Both the position numbers and the translations under genes were made by a program. The notes under the pieces are model-generated. The model did not search any database, had not been told where the DNA came from, and was given only the letters and a program-made list of their open reading frames with translations. From a virus, in the IMG/VR virus record IMGVR_UViG_3300023174_000096, positions 41,517-105,516 of that record: DNA of 64,000 nt; one strand, written 5' to 3'. Positions 38,401 to 46,258 of this stretch are shown in pieces. The stretch's first letter is position 1, and every line of letters starts with the position of its first letter.

Positions 38401-39309
38401 CATCAGGTACCGGGAAGCGAGCTTCACCGGGTCCACGGACTTCCTGACCTGTCCGGTCTTGGGTGACAGTTCCACGAGCTCTTTGCCTCCGTTGCGGTAG
38501 CTAAACGCCCTCACCGTGATCTTGGGCGAGTAGTCCTTGGGCAGACGGTCCTCCAGCCCCTCGTAGTCCATCTTGCCGGGGATGACGTAGAAATCCAACT
38601 CCCGGTCGGTGAGGTTCATCACCATCTGGGAGGTGGTCGCCATCGAGTCCGTGTCTCGCACCGGGTCGTTGTGGGTGCGCGGCCCTTCGGAGCGGTTCCG
38701 CATGAGGTCCGGGCCAAGGTCCGTGGGCGTCTTGCTCTGACGGAGGATCTGGGTGGACTTCTCCTTGCGGGCGGCGGACGAGAGATACCCCTCGCCGTCC
38801 GTGTAGCCCGTCCCGCCCGTGTCGCGCCCGTGGTTGGTGCGGACATGGATCTCACTGCCCTCCAAGGGCTTGGTGACGCAGTCCCCGTTGATGAGCTCGA
38901 CCGAGAACGCCCGGTTCGGGTCACTCACGAACGAGTGCCCTTCCAGCCCCCCAAGGTGGGAGCACAGGGAGTCAATGGCGTCCTGCACGGTGCGGCACGA
39001 GAGGGCCTTGAGGATGCGGGCACCGTCGAGCGCCTTGCCCTTCTTGCCCTTCTTGTCCTCGACAGCCGTGGCGGTGCCTTCGGCCTCATCGAGGCCCACG
39101 GCGAGCGCCGCGTTGGCGATCCCGATCCCGTGCTCGTTCAACCCCTCGCACCACCCCGTGACGTTGTCGCGCATATACGCGACCTCGACGCCGTCGAGGA
39201 GCTCGCGGACGAGGGTGACTCGTGGGGTGTACTTGCGGTCACGGTTCTTGAGGAGAGCCCTCTTCCCGTCCCACACACCAGCAGCAATGACGCAAGCGAG
39301 TCTGTCCAT
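35440..39309 (-). CDS. multi-domain polyprotein: Ntn hydrolase + class II CCA/poly(A) nucleotidyltransferase + phage head-associated domain + DUF4258/BECR-like RNase + unknown domain
   Basis: C6 VIAA..KNRDR..GLNEHG..RTNHG; VGGAVRN..KDIDVV..RREFTFN..DDPTRMLR; PP..AEKGLE..FFSRH..WLIWGGD; HAQFRMDYR..IVTVFW. Confidence 0.75.
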   Translation of the reverse strand: MDRLACVIAAGVWDGKRALLKNRDRKYTPRVTLVRELLDGVEVAYMRDNVTGWCEGLNEHGIGIANAALAVGLDEAEGTATAVEDKKGKKGKALDGARILKALSCRTVQDAIDSLCSHLGGLEGHSFVSDPNRAFSVELINGDCVTKPLEGSEIHVRTNHGRDTGGTGYTDGEGYLSSAARKEKSTQILRQSKTPTDLGPDLMRNRSEGPRTHNDPVRDTDSMATTSQMVMNLTDRELDFYVIPGKMDYEGLEDRLPKDYSPKITVRAFSYRNGGKELVELSPKTGQVRKSVDPVKLASRYLMASSAHAKSIALMSFLSEVARDAGVARHVYVVGGAVRNFILGVPIKDIDVVVDSVSAGRDSEWFARKVVDAIPVPTNLATNQYGVVILTVKGEWLLDGINLKGEVIEIANARKESYEGAGGKGKGYKPTDVSPATIEEDVFRREFTFNTLLWRMHDLANGPDKAEVIDLTGLGRQHLEQKLISTPVDPDKTFSDDPTRMLRVLKFLLRYDLTISPDAMASVRRNAAKLKNMPWEAVGNILVGDILKSPKATMGLKVMRSLGLLDVIVEMVQENPPFAAYLTKQLANGNHTVELLLELADIGIAGRVLDFLTPNEREQFKQNTSGWSSDEARKYLEALRKPAVDNMALIQEFSLTGRARASLVPIAREFLLSDPNLADQDVKLNDRVRERLRASPVRVAQRFARLHAHVHHGFDGRWQRARQYAAVARRELHHQDVTMNHRRTRTADVPKKYEHIDFKPPQSVADAAEKGLEYREKASPSNKGGLTPAEAAEQGIGSGVQRAVNLKNRDNISPDTIKQMTAFFSRHEKNKGVAPENKGEPWNDKGNVSWLIWGGDPGRAWAEKVKGQMEAADEKAKKTADLSPPLGLNGGPCKVVDRINRAIRNPALREKLTDDAETGDLSNPDARKVYPLTTESGSGFKSFTILPHAQFRMDYRSVTVKDVEAALNSFIVYAQGLQKVNPDQYEALLSQEKIEWVDPKTRLKVVFATDAGRIEIVTVFWKGRQDPPPTVCEVPVRSASVRRVVSQHLDAIDPVATITGELETLEALASDIQAVLDTYAETVPMPVVGRIAALTLHSQTEVFAKSEHGMRHAERVIAHCRTYLTEHPSDATISAALRDAQMLYERFEAFRAQAREVLSALSQKIMPKDLRLISSAAVDEVRAGMRFPNSLSITVHPHFVPCKVGDRTVDGMAFSVYLTVYPQPKDNAQGAPEYQQFLLSQCTLGDTSVYLTVIDRTNEESPTKPVKVTEGASAAKKILASLKGWSGLV

Positions 39310-39364
39310 AGGGGGGTTGGTCCTACGGGCGCAGGGTGATAGAACGGTTAAGGGCGGGGGGTCG

Positions 39365-39844
39365 TTAGAAGAGCTCGACGAGGCCCGAAGCCTGAATCCA
39401 AGCCACGTTCACGGGCGCACCGAAGTGATTCGCGACGATGGTCATCTCAATCATGGCGCGGGGCATGAGGGCGTTCATCGCCGTGCGGTGCGGAAGGCTG
39501 TCCTGCATCAGACGGTCGAGCTCGTTTCTAGCTTCGTCGGTGCTGGCCTCTTGTCGAAGGGTGGCCATCGCCGCAAACACTTCGCCCTCGTCGAAGGTGC
39601 CTTCCGCGAGGGACTGTTCTTCAACGGAGGTGACATCCGGCTCACGGAAATTGATCGTCCACAGGGGTGCCCAGCGGGCGACGAACTCGCGCAGGGCTTC
39701 GGGCGTCTCGCACGCCTTCAACCCGGCGGTGTAGTCGGTCATCACCGAATCGCCGTTGACGGCGAACGGATACGGGGGGAGTTTGCGGATCGCAGCCCTG
39801 ATGGGTTCAAGGGCGGGGTCGTCGGCGGGGTGCGGTCGTTCCAT
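39365..39844 (-). CDS. hypothetical protein
   Basis: ATG at 39844, 7 nt after GGGCGTAAC. Confidence 0.6.
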   Translation of the reverse strand: MERPHPADDPALEPIRAAIRKLPPYPFAVNGDSVMTDYTAGLKACETPEALREFVARWAPLWTINFREPDVTSVEEQSLAEGTFDEGEVFAAMATLRQEASTDEARNELDRLMQDSLPHRTAMNALMPRAMIEMTIVANHFGAPVNVAWIQASGLVELF

Positions 39845-39879
39845 GCGGGGAGTTACGCCCGCATGGAACGGGCGGGGGA

Positions 39880-40113
39880 TCAGCCTTCGTAGCCAGCGGG
39901 CTTGGCCTTCGCGGCGGCGAGGCTCGCGTCGCGCGCGGCTTGATCCTTCGTGACGGTCTTGCCCTTGACCGCCGGGGTCTCCTGTCCCCACTCCGACACG
40001 AACACCAGAACGGTGCCCACGGGCTGGGTCTTGGGGTCCACGGGGGTCTTGGCGGCGTCGCCCATCACATAGACGAACGGGGTGGCCTTCTCACGGGGGG
40101 TGCGGGTAGTCAT
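39880..40113 (-). CDS. small hypothetical protein
   Basis: AGGAG RBS; MTTRTPREKATPFVYVMG. Confidence 0.55.
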   Translation of the reverse strand: MTTRTPREKATPFVYVMGDAAKTPVDPKTQPVGTVLVFVSEWGQETPAVKGKTVTKDQAARDASLAAAKAKPAGYEG

Positions 40114-40132
40114 GGTCGGGGGTCTCCTTGGA

Positions 40133-41233
40133 TCAGGGGGTGTGCCCGCCCGCGACACACGCGGCGGCGAGGCGGTCGAGGGCTTCGTGGACGCTCATCT
40201 GGGTGCTGCCGCCCCAATCCGACGAGTTGTCCGGGTAGTAGGTGGTGAAGCTCTGGTACTGGTCCCACTCCCCCACATCTTGGTTCTCACGGACGTAGGT
40301 GCCGGGGGCCGGGAACGTGGCGAGGTAGCCGGGGCCGAAGAACGTGTCGTTGCCGATCCAGCAGGGCGACCCGTCCGTCTGCACGACGGCGCTGCCAAAC
40401 ACGAGGAAGGCGTACCAGCGGATCGACGTGCCGTTCTTCAGACGCAGGTACAGGGTGGCGTTCGCGTAAACCGCGAAGCTACCAAACTCGTAGTTGCCGA
40501 AGCGGAAGTCACAGTTGTCGAGCGTGAAGGTCGTGTCCGTGCCCTCGTAGGTGCGGCACTGGAACACCGACGTGTCGAGGGTCACGTCCTGCTCGTCGCT
40601 AATCGGGTCACCGGGCGCGGCGTTCCCGTCCCAGCCCAGATTGCGAATCGTGAGGGTCGAAGTCTCGGCGGACACCGAGTCGATCTCGAACGCGCCCGCG
40701 TTGTCGATGATGACGAGCACGCCCGCGACGAAGCCGTTGACGAAGTTGTCCACGGTCACGGTGGCGGTATCGCCCACGTTGGGCATCGTGAAGGCGGACG
40801 TTGTGTACGTCGCCGTCCCGCTTCCTTGCCCGCGGAAGAAAATGTTCTTGAGGCCCGCGCACCCGTAGATGTGGCACGGCCACTCGTAGCCGCCGTCCGC
40901 TTCAAGGTACTGAAGGTACTGGTAGGGGCGGAAGCTGTAGTCGTAGTCGTCCCAGCCGTAGGACACGCCCACGATGGTGGTGTTGTTGAGGTGCCACTCA
41001 CCCGGTGGGAGGTAGATGTCTTCCTGCTCCGGGTTGAAGATGTAGATGCTGGTCTCGGGTGCGGAGCTTGATTGCACCGCCGCCACGGCCTCGCCCCACG
41101 TCGCCACCGCCCCGGTGGGGAGGGGATCGCTGAAGGGAGCCCACACGATGGTGGGGACAGAGCGGTTCGGGGCCGCGCCGACTTGGTTGAGCGCCGTCTG
41201 TTCGGTCGCTCCGACTGCTGCGAAGATGGGCAT
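40133..41233 (-). CDS. acidic beta-rich protein, probable virion/tail accessory
   Basis: 366 aa, beta-strand-rich, very few Lys. Late motif plus AGGAG RBS upstream. Confidence 0.55.
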   Translation of the reverse strand: MPIFAAVGATEQTALNQVGAAPNRSVPTIVWAPFSDPLPTGAVATWGEAVAAVQSSSAPETSIYIFNPEQEDIYLPPGEWHLNNTTIVGVSYGWDDYDYSFRPYQYLQYLEADGGYEWPCHIYGCAGLKNIFFRGQGSGTATYTTSAFTMPNVGDTATVTVDNFVNGFVAGVLVIIDNAGAFEIDSVSAETSTLTIRNLGWDGNAAPGDPISDEQDVTLDTSVFQCRTYEGTDTTFTLDNCDFRFGNYEFGSFAVYANATLYLRLKNGTSIRWYAFLVFGSAVVQTDGSPCWIGNDTFFGPGYLATFPAPGTYVRENQDVGEWDQYQSFTTYYPDNSSDWGGSTQMSVHEALDRLAAACVAGGHTP

Positions 41234-41362
41234 GAAGTTCTCCTACGGTTGTTGAGGGATAGGCGACCTAACGCCCGGTCGAAAGCTCACGCTTGGCCGG
41301 GGCACAACCCCGGACAGGGCCGACCTACCTAGCTAGAGACGCCGCGATAGGCGGGAAACCTC

Positions 41363-43042
41363 CTACTCCTCGTCCTTGAACGTGGGGGTGAACACGGGCT
41401 TCTTGCCCTTCGGTGCCTTCTCCTGCACCCTCATCTTCTCTCGGGCCTTCTCGGCGCGCTCGCCCTTAGCCATGTCGTGGGCCTTGGGTCGGGCCATGCA
41501 CTTGAAGGGGGTCTTCCCGCCCCGGGTGAGGTCTTTCCAGTTCGGGTCGTCCGTGAGGTCGCCGCACGGCCCGATGATGTCACCGGGCTCGTAGGTCTTC
41601 TTGGTCCCGTCCTCGCGGGTGATCGTGCGCTTCACGGGCGAGATCGCCACCCAATCTCCCCACTGGGCCTCACCGGGTGATTTGCCCTTGCCCTGACCGT
41701 GGCCGCTGAACCACTCGTCTAGGCCCCCGTGACCTACGTCTTTTTTGGCCTTTCCCTTGGCGGACAGGTAGCGGGACGCAACACGGGCGGCGCTTGCGAA
41801 GCGCCCACGGTCCTTCTTGGCGAGGAACGCCTTGAACCGCTCGATCTGATCGCGGGTCATGTCCCGGCCCAGAACGAAGTGCGCGAACACCTCCGCGAAA
41901 TCCTCCTCCGTGGCGGTCCCCCCGTACTCCGACACGGCGGCGACTTCTTTGTAGAAGCTGTCGAACCGAGCGCGGTCGCCCGCGTCCATGAACTTGAAGT
42001 AGTAGCGGTGCCCTAGCTCATGGATGAGGAGCTCGACCAAGAAGGGCTTGGGCAACAAGAACACCACGACGTGGTCGGGGCCGATGACGTAGTGCGCCCC
42101 CACTCCGAAGTGCTTGCCCAGCGGGTTCTCACCACCGCACTTCGGGCACCCGACGAAGATCGGGCCATACCAGAGGTCGCCAAAGCCCTTCTGGTCGAGC
42201 AGCGCCTTGGCCTTCTGGAAGTAGGGGATGTAGTCAGACAGACCCCGGGGGTCACCGGGGTCGGGGCGGGTGATGAGGTTACGGTCGGGCTCGCCGTCGT
42301 ACACCAGCTTGACCTTCCCGATGTCGAACTCCAGCAGGATCTCGTCGGGATCGTAGGACGAGCCCCCCGAGTATTTGCTGAGAAATGTGGTGATCGCCCG
42401 CAGGAGTTTGCCCGAAAGGATGTCCTCGACCTTGGCGAGTGCCTCCCGGGCGTAGTCCTCGTACCCCTTCAGCGCAGCGGCGAACGGGTCGTCAGGGTTC
42501 ACCCGCTGGTAGAAGCCCAGTATATTCTGCCCGTCCATCGTGTAGGTGTGCGTGCCGGGGGTCATTGCATCCCGGACGTGCTGGAACTTCCCGAGGTCTT
42601 CGTCGAGAAGGTACCTCGCTTCCTTGAGCTCATCACGGACTTTGAGTCGAATCGCCTCAAAGACGCTGGACGGGTCCATTCCACGGGGCAGCAAGCCCTT
42701 CGTGTAGGCCATGTGCTCCCACAGGCGCTCTAGCTCCCGGTCCCGCAGGGACTTGAAGTGCGCGATGAGGTCGTCGAGTGAGGCGTACCGTGGCTTGGGC
42801 GCAAAGGTCTTCTTGACCCACGCACGGATACCCTTGACCCATGCCGGGTCGATCTTGGTCTCCTCCCCGGCGGACTTCTTCGCCCGCCAACCGCCGCCCT
42901 CGTCCTTGTAGAGCTTGAGGGCGTGCCCGACCGCGTAGGCACTGGGCCACTTGGTGTAGCGTTCCTTCGCCTTCGCCTTGCACTTCTCCCAGAGCTCGGG
43001 ATTCGTGGGATCGTTGTCGTCGGCGGCAGTGAAGCGGTCCAT
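41363..43042 (-). CDS. polyprotein-like: PSAYA domain + zincin (HExxH) metallopeptidase + GLDEWF domain
   Basis: WPSAYAVGHALKLYKDEGGGW; LIHELGHRYY..VSEYG..EDFAEVF; GGLDEWF..WVAI..PCG..PFKC. Confidence 0.7.
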   Translation of the reverse strand: MDRFTAADDNDPTNPELWEKCKAKAKERYTKWPSAYAVGHALKLYKDEGGGWRAKKSAGEETKIDPAWVKGIRAWVKKTFAPKPRYASLDDLIAHFKSLRDRELERLWEHMAYTKGLLPRGMDPSSVFEAIRLKVRDELKEARYLLDEDLGKFQHVRDAMTPGTHTYTMDGQNILGFYQRVNPDDPFAAALKGYEDYAREALAKVEDILSGKLLRAITTFLSKYSGGSSYDPDEILLEFDIGKVKLVYDGEPDRNLITRPDPGDPRGLSDYIPYFQKAKALLDQKGFGDLWYGPIFVGCPKCGGENPLGKHFGVGAHYVIGPDHVVVFLLPKPFLVELLIHELGHRYYFKFMDAGDRARFDSFYKEVAAVSEYGGTATEEDFAEVFAHFVLGRDMTRDQIERFKAFLAKKDRGRFASAARVASRYLSAKGKAKKDVGHGGLDEWFSGHGQGKGKSPGEAQWGDWVAISPVKRTITREDGTKKTYEPGDIIGPCGDLTDDPNWKDLTRGGKTPFKCMARPKAHDMAKGERAEKAREKMRVQEKAPKGKKPVFTPTFKDEE

Positions 43043-43069
43043 CACCGCGCGCGGGCGATAGAACGGTTA

Positions 43070-43630
43070 CTACGAGCCGACCTTGGCGTCCCGCTCGGCG
43101 CGGAGGTTCTCCTCGCCCTTGGCGACGAGCTCGATGAGCTTCTTCTGGGCGGCGTCGAGGGACATATTCCCCGTGAGGGTGAGGTCCCCCGTGTCGCGGT
43201 CGAAGCGCCGGGAGGTGAGCCCCACCACCCCCGGCATGAGCATCTTGACCAGCTTGGGGTCCATCGCACGGATGCCGATGTGCCAGACCATCTGGATCAC
43301 CGTCCCGCTGCCCACGGACAACGGTTGACCGCCGTACTCGCAGGGCTGCTTCTCCCGGTACAGAGAGATACCTGACCCCGTGAGAAGTTCCAGATCGAAG
43401 TGGTGGACCGGGATGGGGATCTCCGGGCGGTCGAACTTGAGGGTGAGCGGGATGATGACTTGGAGATCACCCACCGTGACCGTGGGGTTCGGGACCACCC
43501 CCCAGCCGTGGACCTTCACGATCAGGTCGCCCGACTCCACCAATCGAGAGACGAGCTCCTGCTCGGTCTCTGACATGGGGACATACAGGCTGTGGGGGTT
43601 CTTGCCACCGAAAGTGTTTTGGTCACTCAT
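43070..43630 (-). CDS. hypothetical protein
   Basis: 186-aa ORF coupled to the cold-shock gene. Confidence 0.65.
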   Translation of the reverse strand: MSDQNTFGGKNPHSLYVPMSETEQELVSRLVESGDLIVKVHGWGVVPNPTVTVGDLQVIIPLTLKFDRPEIPIPVHHFDLELLTGSGISLYREKQPCEYGGQPLSVGSGTVIQMVWHIGIRAMDPKLVKMLMPGVVGLTSRRFDRDTGDLTLTGNMSLDAAQKKLIELVAKGEENLRAERDAKVGS

Positions 43631-44031
43631 TGGAACACCGTGACGTAACAGGCGCGAGGTTTCTTCCCAGCCACGGTGGTGTCCGTGGCGTAGAAGTGTA
43701 CCGCTGAACCCACGGCGGGAATCCCTCCCCCGATCACCTCGGACTTGTGGAGGTAGTAGCCCCCACGGTCGGTGGTGATGAACCCGTAGCCTCGCACGGG
43801 GTCGTAGGACGCCACCGCTCCCTCAAGGTGCAGGGGGGCGTTGCAACGCATGACGACGCTGGCGCGAGTGCCCTCGCCCAGTTCGTACTCGACTTCTTCG
43901 CCCGTGAGAGGGGGGACAGTGGTCGGGCCGGAAAACACCGACAGGTGAAAGAACACCTCCACGTCGCCCGCCTCGGAGAGGATGAACCCGTACCGCTTCT
44001 CGGGGAGATAACGCCGCACGGTGCCCTTCAC
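43627..44031 (-). CDS. tandem cold-shock-domain protein
   Basis: GTV..KRYGFI..VFFHLS and GAVASY..RGYGFI..YYLHKS (two RNP1/RNP2 sets). Confidence 0.85.
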   Translation of the reverse strand: MKGTVRRYLPEKRYGFILSEAGDVEVFFHLSVFSGPTTVPPLTGEEVEYELGEGTRASVVMRCNAPLHLEGAVASYDPVRGYGFITTDRGGYYLHKSEVIGGGIPAVGSAVHFYATDTTVAGKKPRACYVTVFQ

Positions 44032-44402
44032 AGCTTGCCTCCCAACGCGACCCTCAGAAGTTCCCCTGCCGCCACCGTTGCGAGAGCGAGCACCCGCCGC
44101 AGTAGGTCCCTCGCGCGGTCTAGACGGTCCGCCTCGGCGTTCTGGAGAATCGCCAAGAAGTCGCTCGCGTCCCGCAGGGGCAACGTGCGACCTACCGCCT
44201 CAACCAACTGTGCCGTGTCCATGTGCCCGGTGTGTCCGGTGCGGGTTGAATCGACGAGAGTCTGAAGAATCCTCACCCCCTCCACCCCTCGGTCGCGCAA
44301 GGCGCGCATGGAGATTTCCACGAGGGAACGCTCCCACCCGCTGGGAAACTGGTCACGAAGGGACAGCAACGGAACGAGGGCACGATCACTCGGGTCGGTC
44401 AT
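44028..44402 (-). CDS. hypothetical protein
   Basis: 124-aa ORF with GTGA coupling. Confidence 0.55.
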   Translation of the reverse strand: MTDPSDRALVPLLSLRDQFPSGWERSLVEISMRALRDRGVEGVRILQTLVDSTRTGHTGHMDTAQLVEAVGRTLPLRDASDFLAILQNAEADRLDRARDLLRRVLALATVAAGELLRVALGGKL

Positions 44403-44742
44403 CGGGTAGCTCGCAGCTTCTCGGGGGAAGCACAGGGGTTGAGGGCGGGCGGGTTTCCAGCAATCGCCCGTTGTACAGCATCATGTCTCGATGCCACGCC
44501 CACCGCACGGCGTACACGGTCCACCAATCCGCGTAGCCTTGGCATAGGAGGTCCGTCGCCCACGGGCTGTTGGACCGCCAAACTCCGTTCGCGCAGGTGC
44601 AGCGATGTACAACAATGTCCCGCGTAGCGGGTGCCCCCTCCCGCACCATGCGGTCAGCGAAGGTCACCTCGGTGAGATAGGTGTCCCGGTCGCGGAGCAC
44701 CACGCCGCACCCCGTGAGACACAGAGCGAGCAACAGCCTCAC
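44386..44742 (-). CDS. putative lipoprotein
   Basis: MRLLLALCLTGC lipobox; further Cys residues and a Pro-rich tail. Confidence 0.55.
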   Translation of the reverse strand: MRLLLALCLTGCGVVLRDRDTYLTEVTFADRMVREGAPATRDIVVHRCTCANGVWRSNSPWATDLLCQGYADWWTVYAVRWAWHRDMMLYNGRLLETRPPSTPVLPPRSCELPDDRPE

Positions 44743-45053
44743 TTACGGTTTCTCCGGTTCGGGTCGTGGATGCCGGGGCGGTTCTGAGAAGCCATGAACA
44801 CGTCCTCTTGGCGCTGGTCGTTGAACGGGAACGGCTGGAGGGTGATGGGGTTCCTCGCCACGATCCCGTTGAGACGGGTCTGCTCGGCAGGGGTCATCGT
44901 CGGCACCACCGCCAAGAAGTCGTGCTTGGCGATGGGGATGTTGATCAGAAGGTCGATGATGACGTAATCGGGCAGCACCGCAGGGTTGTCGGGATCTCCC
45001 GGTATCCCTGCGAGATTGTTCCGACCTTGGTTGTCAAACCACCAGTTGGCCAT
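44739..45053 (-). CDS. hypothetical protein
   Basis: 104-aa ORF, MANWWFDNQG. Confidence 0.6.
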   Translation of the reverse strand: MANWWFDNQGRNNLAGIPGDPDNPAVLPDYVIIDLLINIPIAKHDFLAVVPTMTPAEQTRLNGIVARNPITLQPFPFNDQRQEDVFMASQNRPGIHDPNRRNRK

Positions 45054-45083
45054 GCCCTACAGTACCTATTGGCCTTCTAGGGT

Positions 45084-45314
45084 ATGAACGACGACGAAGA
45101 TCCCGTGGACATGGGGAATCTTGAGCTCTACGAAGGCGACGTGTCGGTGGTTCTACGCGCCGATGGCGAGGTCGAGTTCTTGGTGGCGTGCGACGATGAG
45201 GAGAGCGAAGAGTACGTCATCTCCATTCGGAAGGTGCGCTATCTCAAGTTCGTGCTGGAGAGTGCTGAGTGCCAACGGTTGTTTGAACGCGCACTCATCG
45301 ACGAGGTCAACTGA
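45084..45314 (+). CDS. small acidic protein
   Basis: 76 aa; TA-N6-CTAT motif 14 nt upstream of the ATG. Confidence 0.55.
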   Translation: MNDDEDPVDMGNLELYEGDVSVVLRADGEVEFLVACDDEESEEYVISIRKVRYLKFVLESAECQRLFERALIDEVN

Positions 45315-45621
45315 TCTCGGTGTAGACCTTCGACGCCTTCGCCAGCCACGCCTTGAGCGCGCCTTCATCCGCTCGCGTCGCAGCCCTCCACCCCGACAAG
45401 TACAGGTCAAAGCTCTCTGTCATTACGTCGGGTGACGCAGAGGCCGGGAGGATCGTCACGAGGCGACCGTTGGGCATCCGCGCCGTGCGCCCCGCATTCT
45501 GCTCGTACACGCTCGCCAGCACCTTGAGGGCGAGGGGGTACTCGGTCTCGGGCACGAGGAGCACCGCACGGGCGTCTCGGGCTCGGGCTTGGGTCAACGG
45601 GGTCAGTACGAAATGGCTCAT
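45307..45621 (-). CDS. hypothetical protein
   Basis: 104-aa ORF in the polymerase operon. Confidence 0.55.
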   Translation of the reverse strand: MSHFVLTPLTQARARDARAVLLVPETEYPLALKVLASVYEQNAGRTARMPNGRLVTILPASASPDVMTESFDLYLSGWRAATRADEGALKAWLAKASKVYTEIS

Positions 45622-45622
45622 G

Positions 45623-46258
45623 TCACCCTCCCATCTTGATCTTGGCCCCTCGGGGCACGACGTTCACCTTGGGCTTCGGAGCCCATGTATCCTCGGACAC
45701 AGGGGCACTCACCTTGGGTGAACCCCCACCGATCATCACCCCCTCCTCGGGGAAGTCCGTGTTGATGCCCAGCGCCACGGGCAGGGGCTTGGGGACGGAA
45801 GGGCGTGGAGGCAGGGGCGGGACATCCTCCACGGGGGGCTCCTCCACGGACACTTCTTCTTGGATGGCGATGACCGTGGGGAGTCGCCTACCGCGCGCCT
45901 CGGCCAGCTTCGACACGGCGTCTTCCACCACCTGTGACTTCGCCGTCTCCGGGTCGGGCTCCGCGAGATGGACCCCCGGCCCAACCCACGGGTCGGCACG
46001 GCGCGCGATGGACAGTGCCGCAGCGATCTCCACGAAGTGCATCGCGCGGACATGGTCGAACCGGGGGTCGTCGGGTTGAGCTTGTAGGGGGTGGGTGAGA
46101 AGCCGACCCACCTGCGTGCGGACCCGCTCCTCAAACGAGGAGCTCGACCACCCGGCGTTGACGCAGTTCTGATTCCGGCACCGCTTGCAGAAGGTCTCCT
46201 TGAACTCTCGCGGCGGGATGCGCTGGTCGTTGCACTCGTTCAGCAAGTCAGGTTTCAT
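45623..46258 (-). CDS. hypothetical protein with Cys cluster and Pro-rich tail
   Basis: ECND..FCKRCRNQNC. Confidence 0.6.
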   Translation of the reverse strand: MKPDLLNECNDQRIPPREFKETFCKRCRNQNCVNAGWSSSSFEERVRTQVGRLLTHPLQAQPDDPRFDHVRAMHFVEIAAALSIARRADPWVGPGVHLAEPDPETAKSQVVEDAVSKLAEARGRRLPTVIAIQEEVSVEEPPVEDVPPLPPRPSVPKPLPVALGINTDFPEEGVMIGGGSPKVSAPVSEDTWAPKPKVNVVPRGAKIKMGG

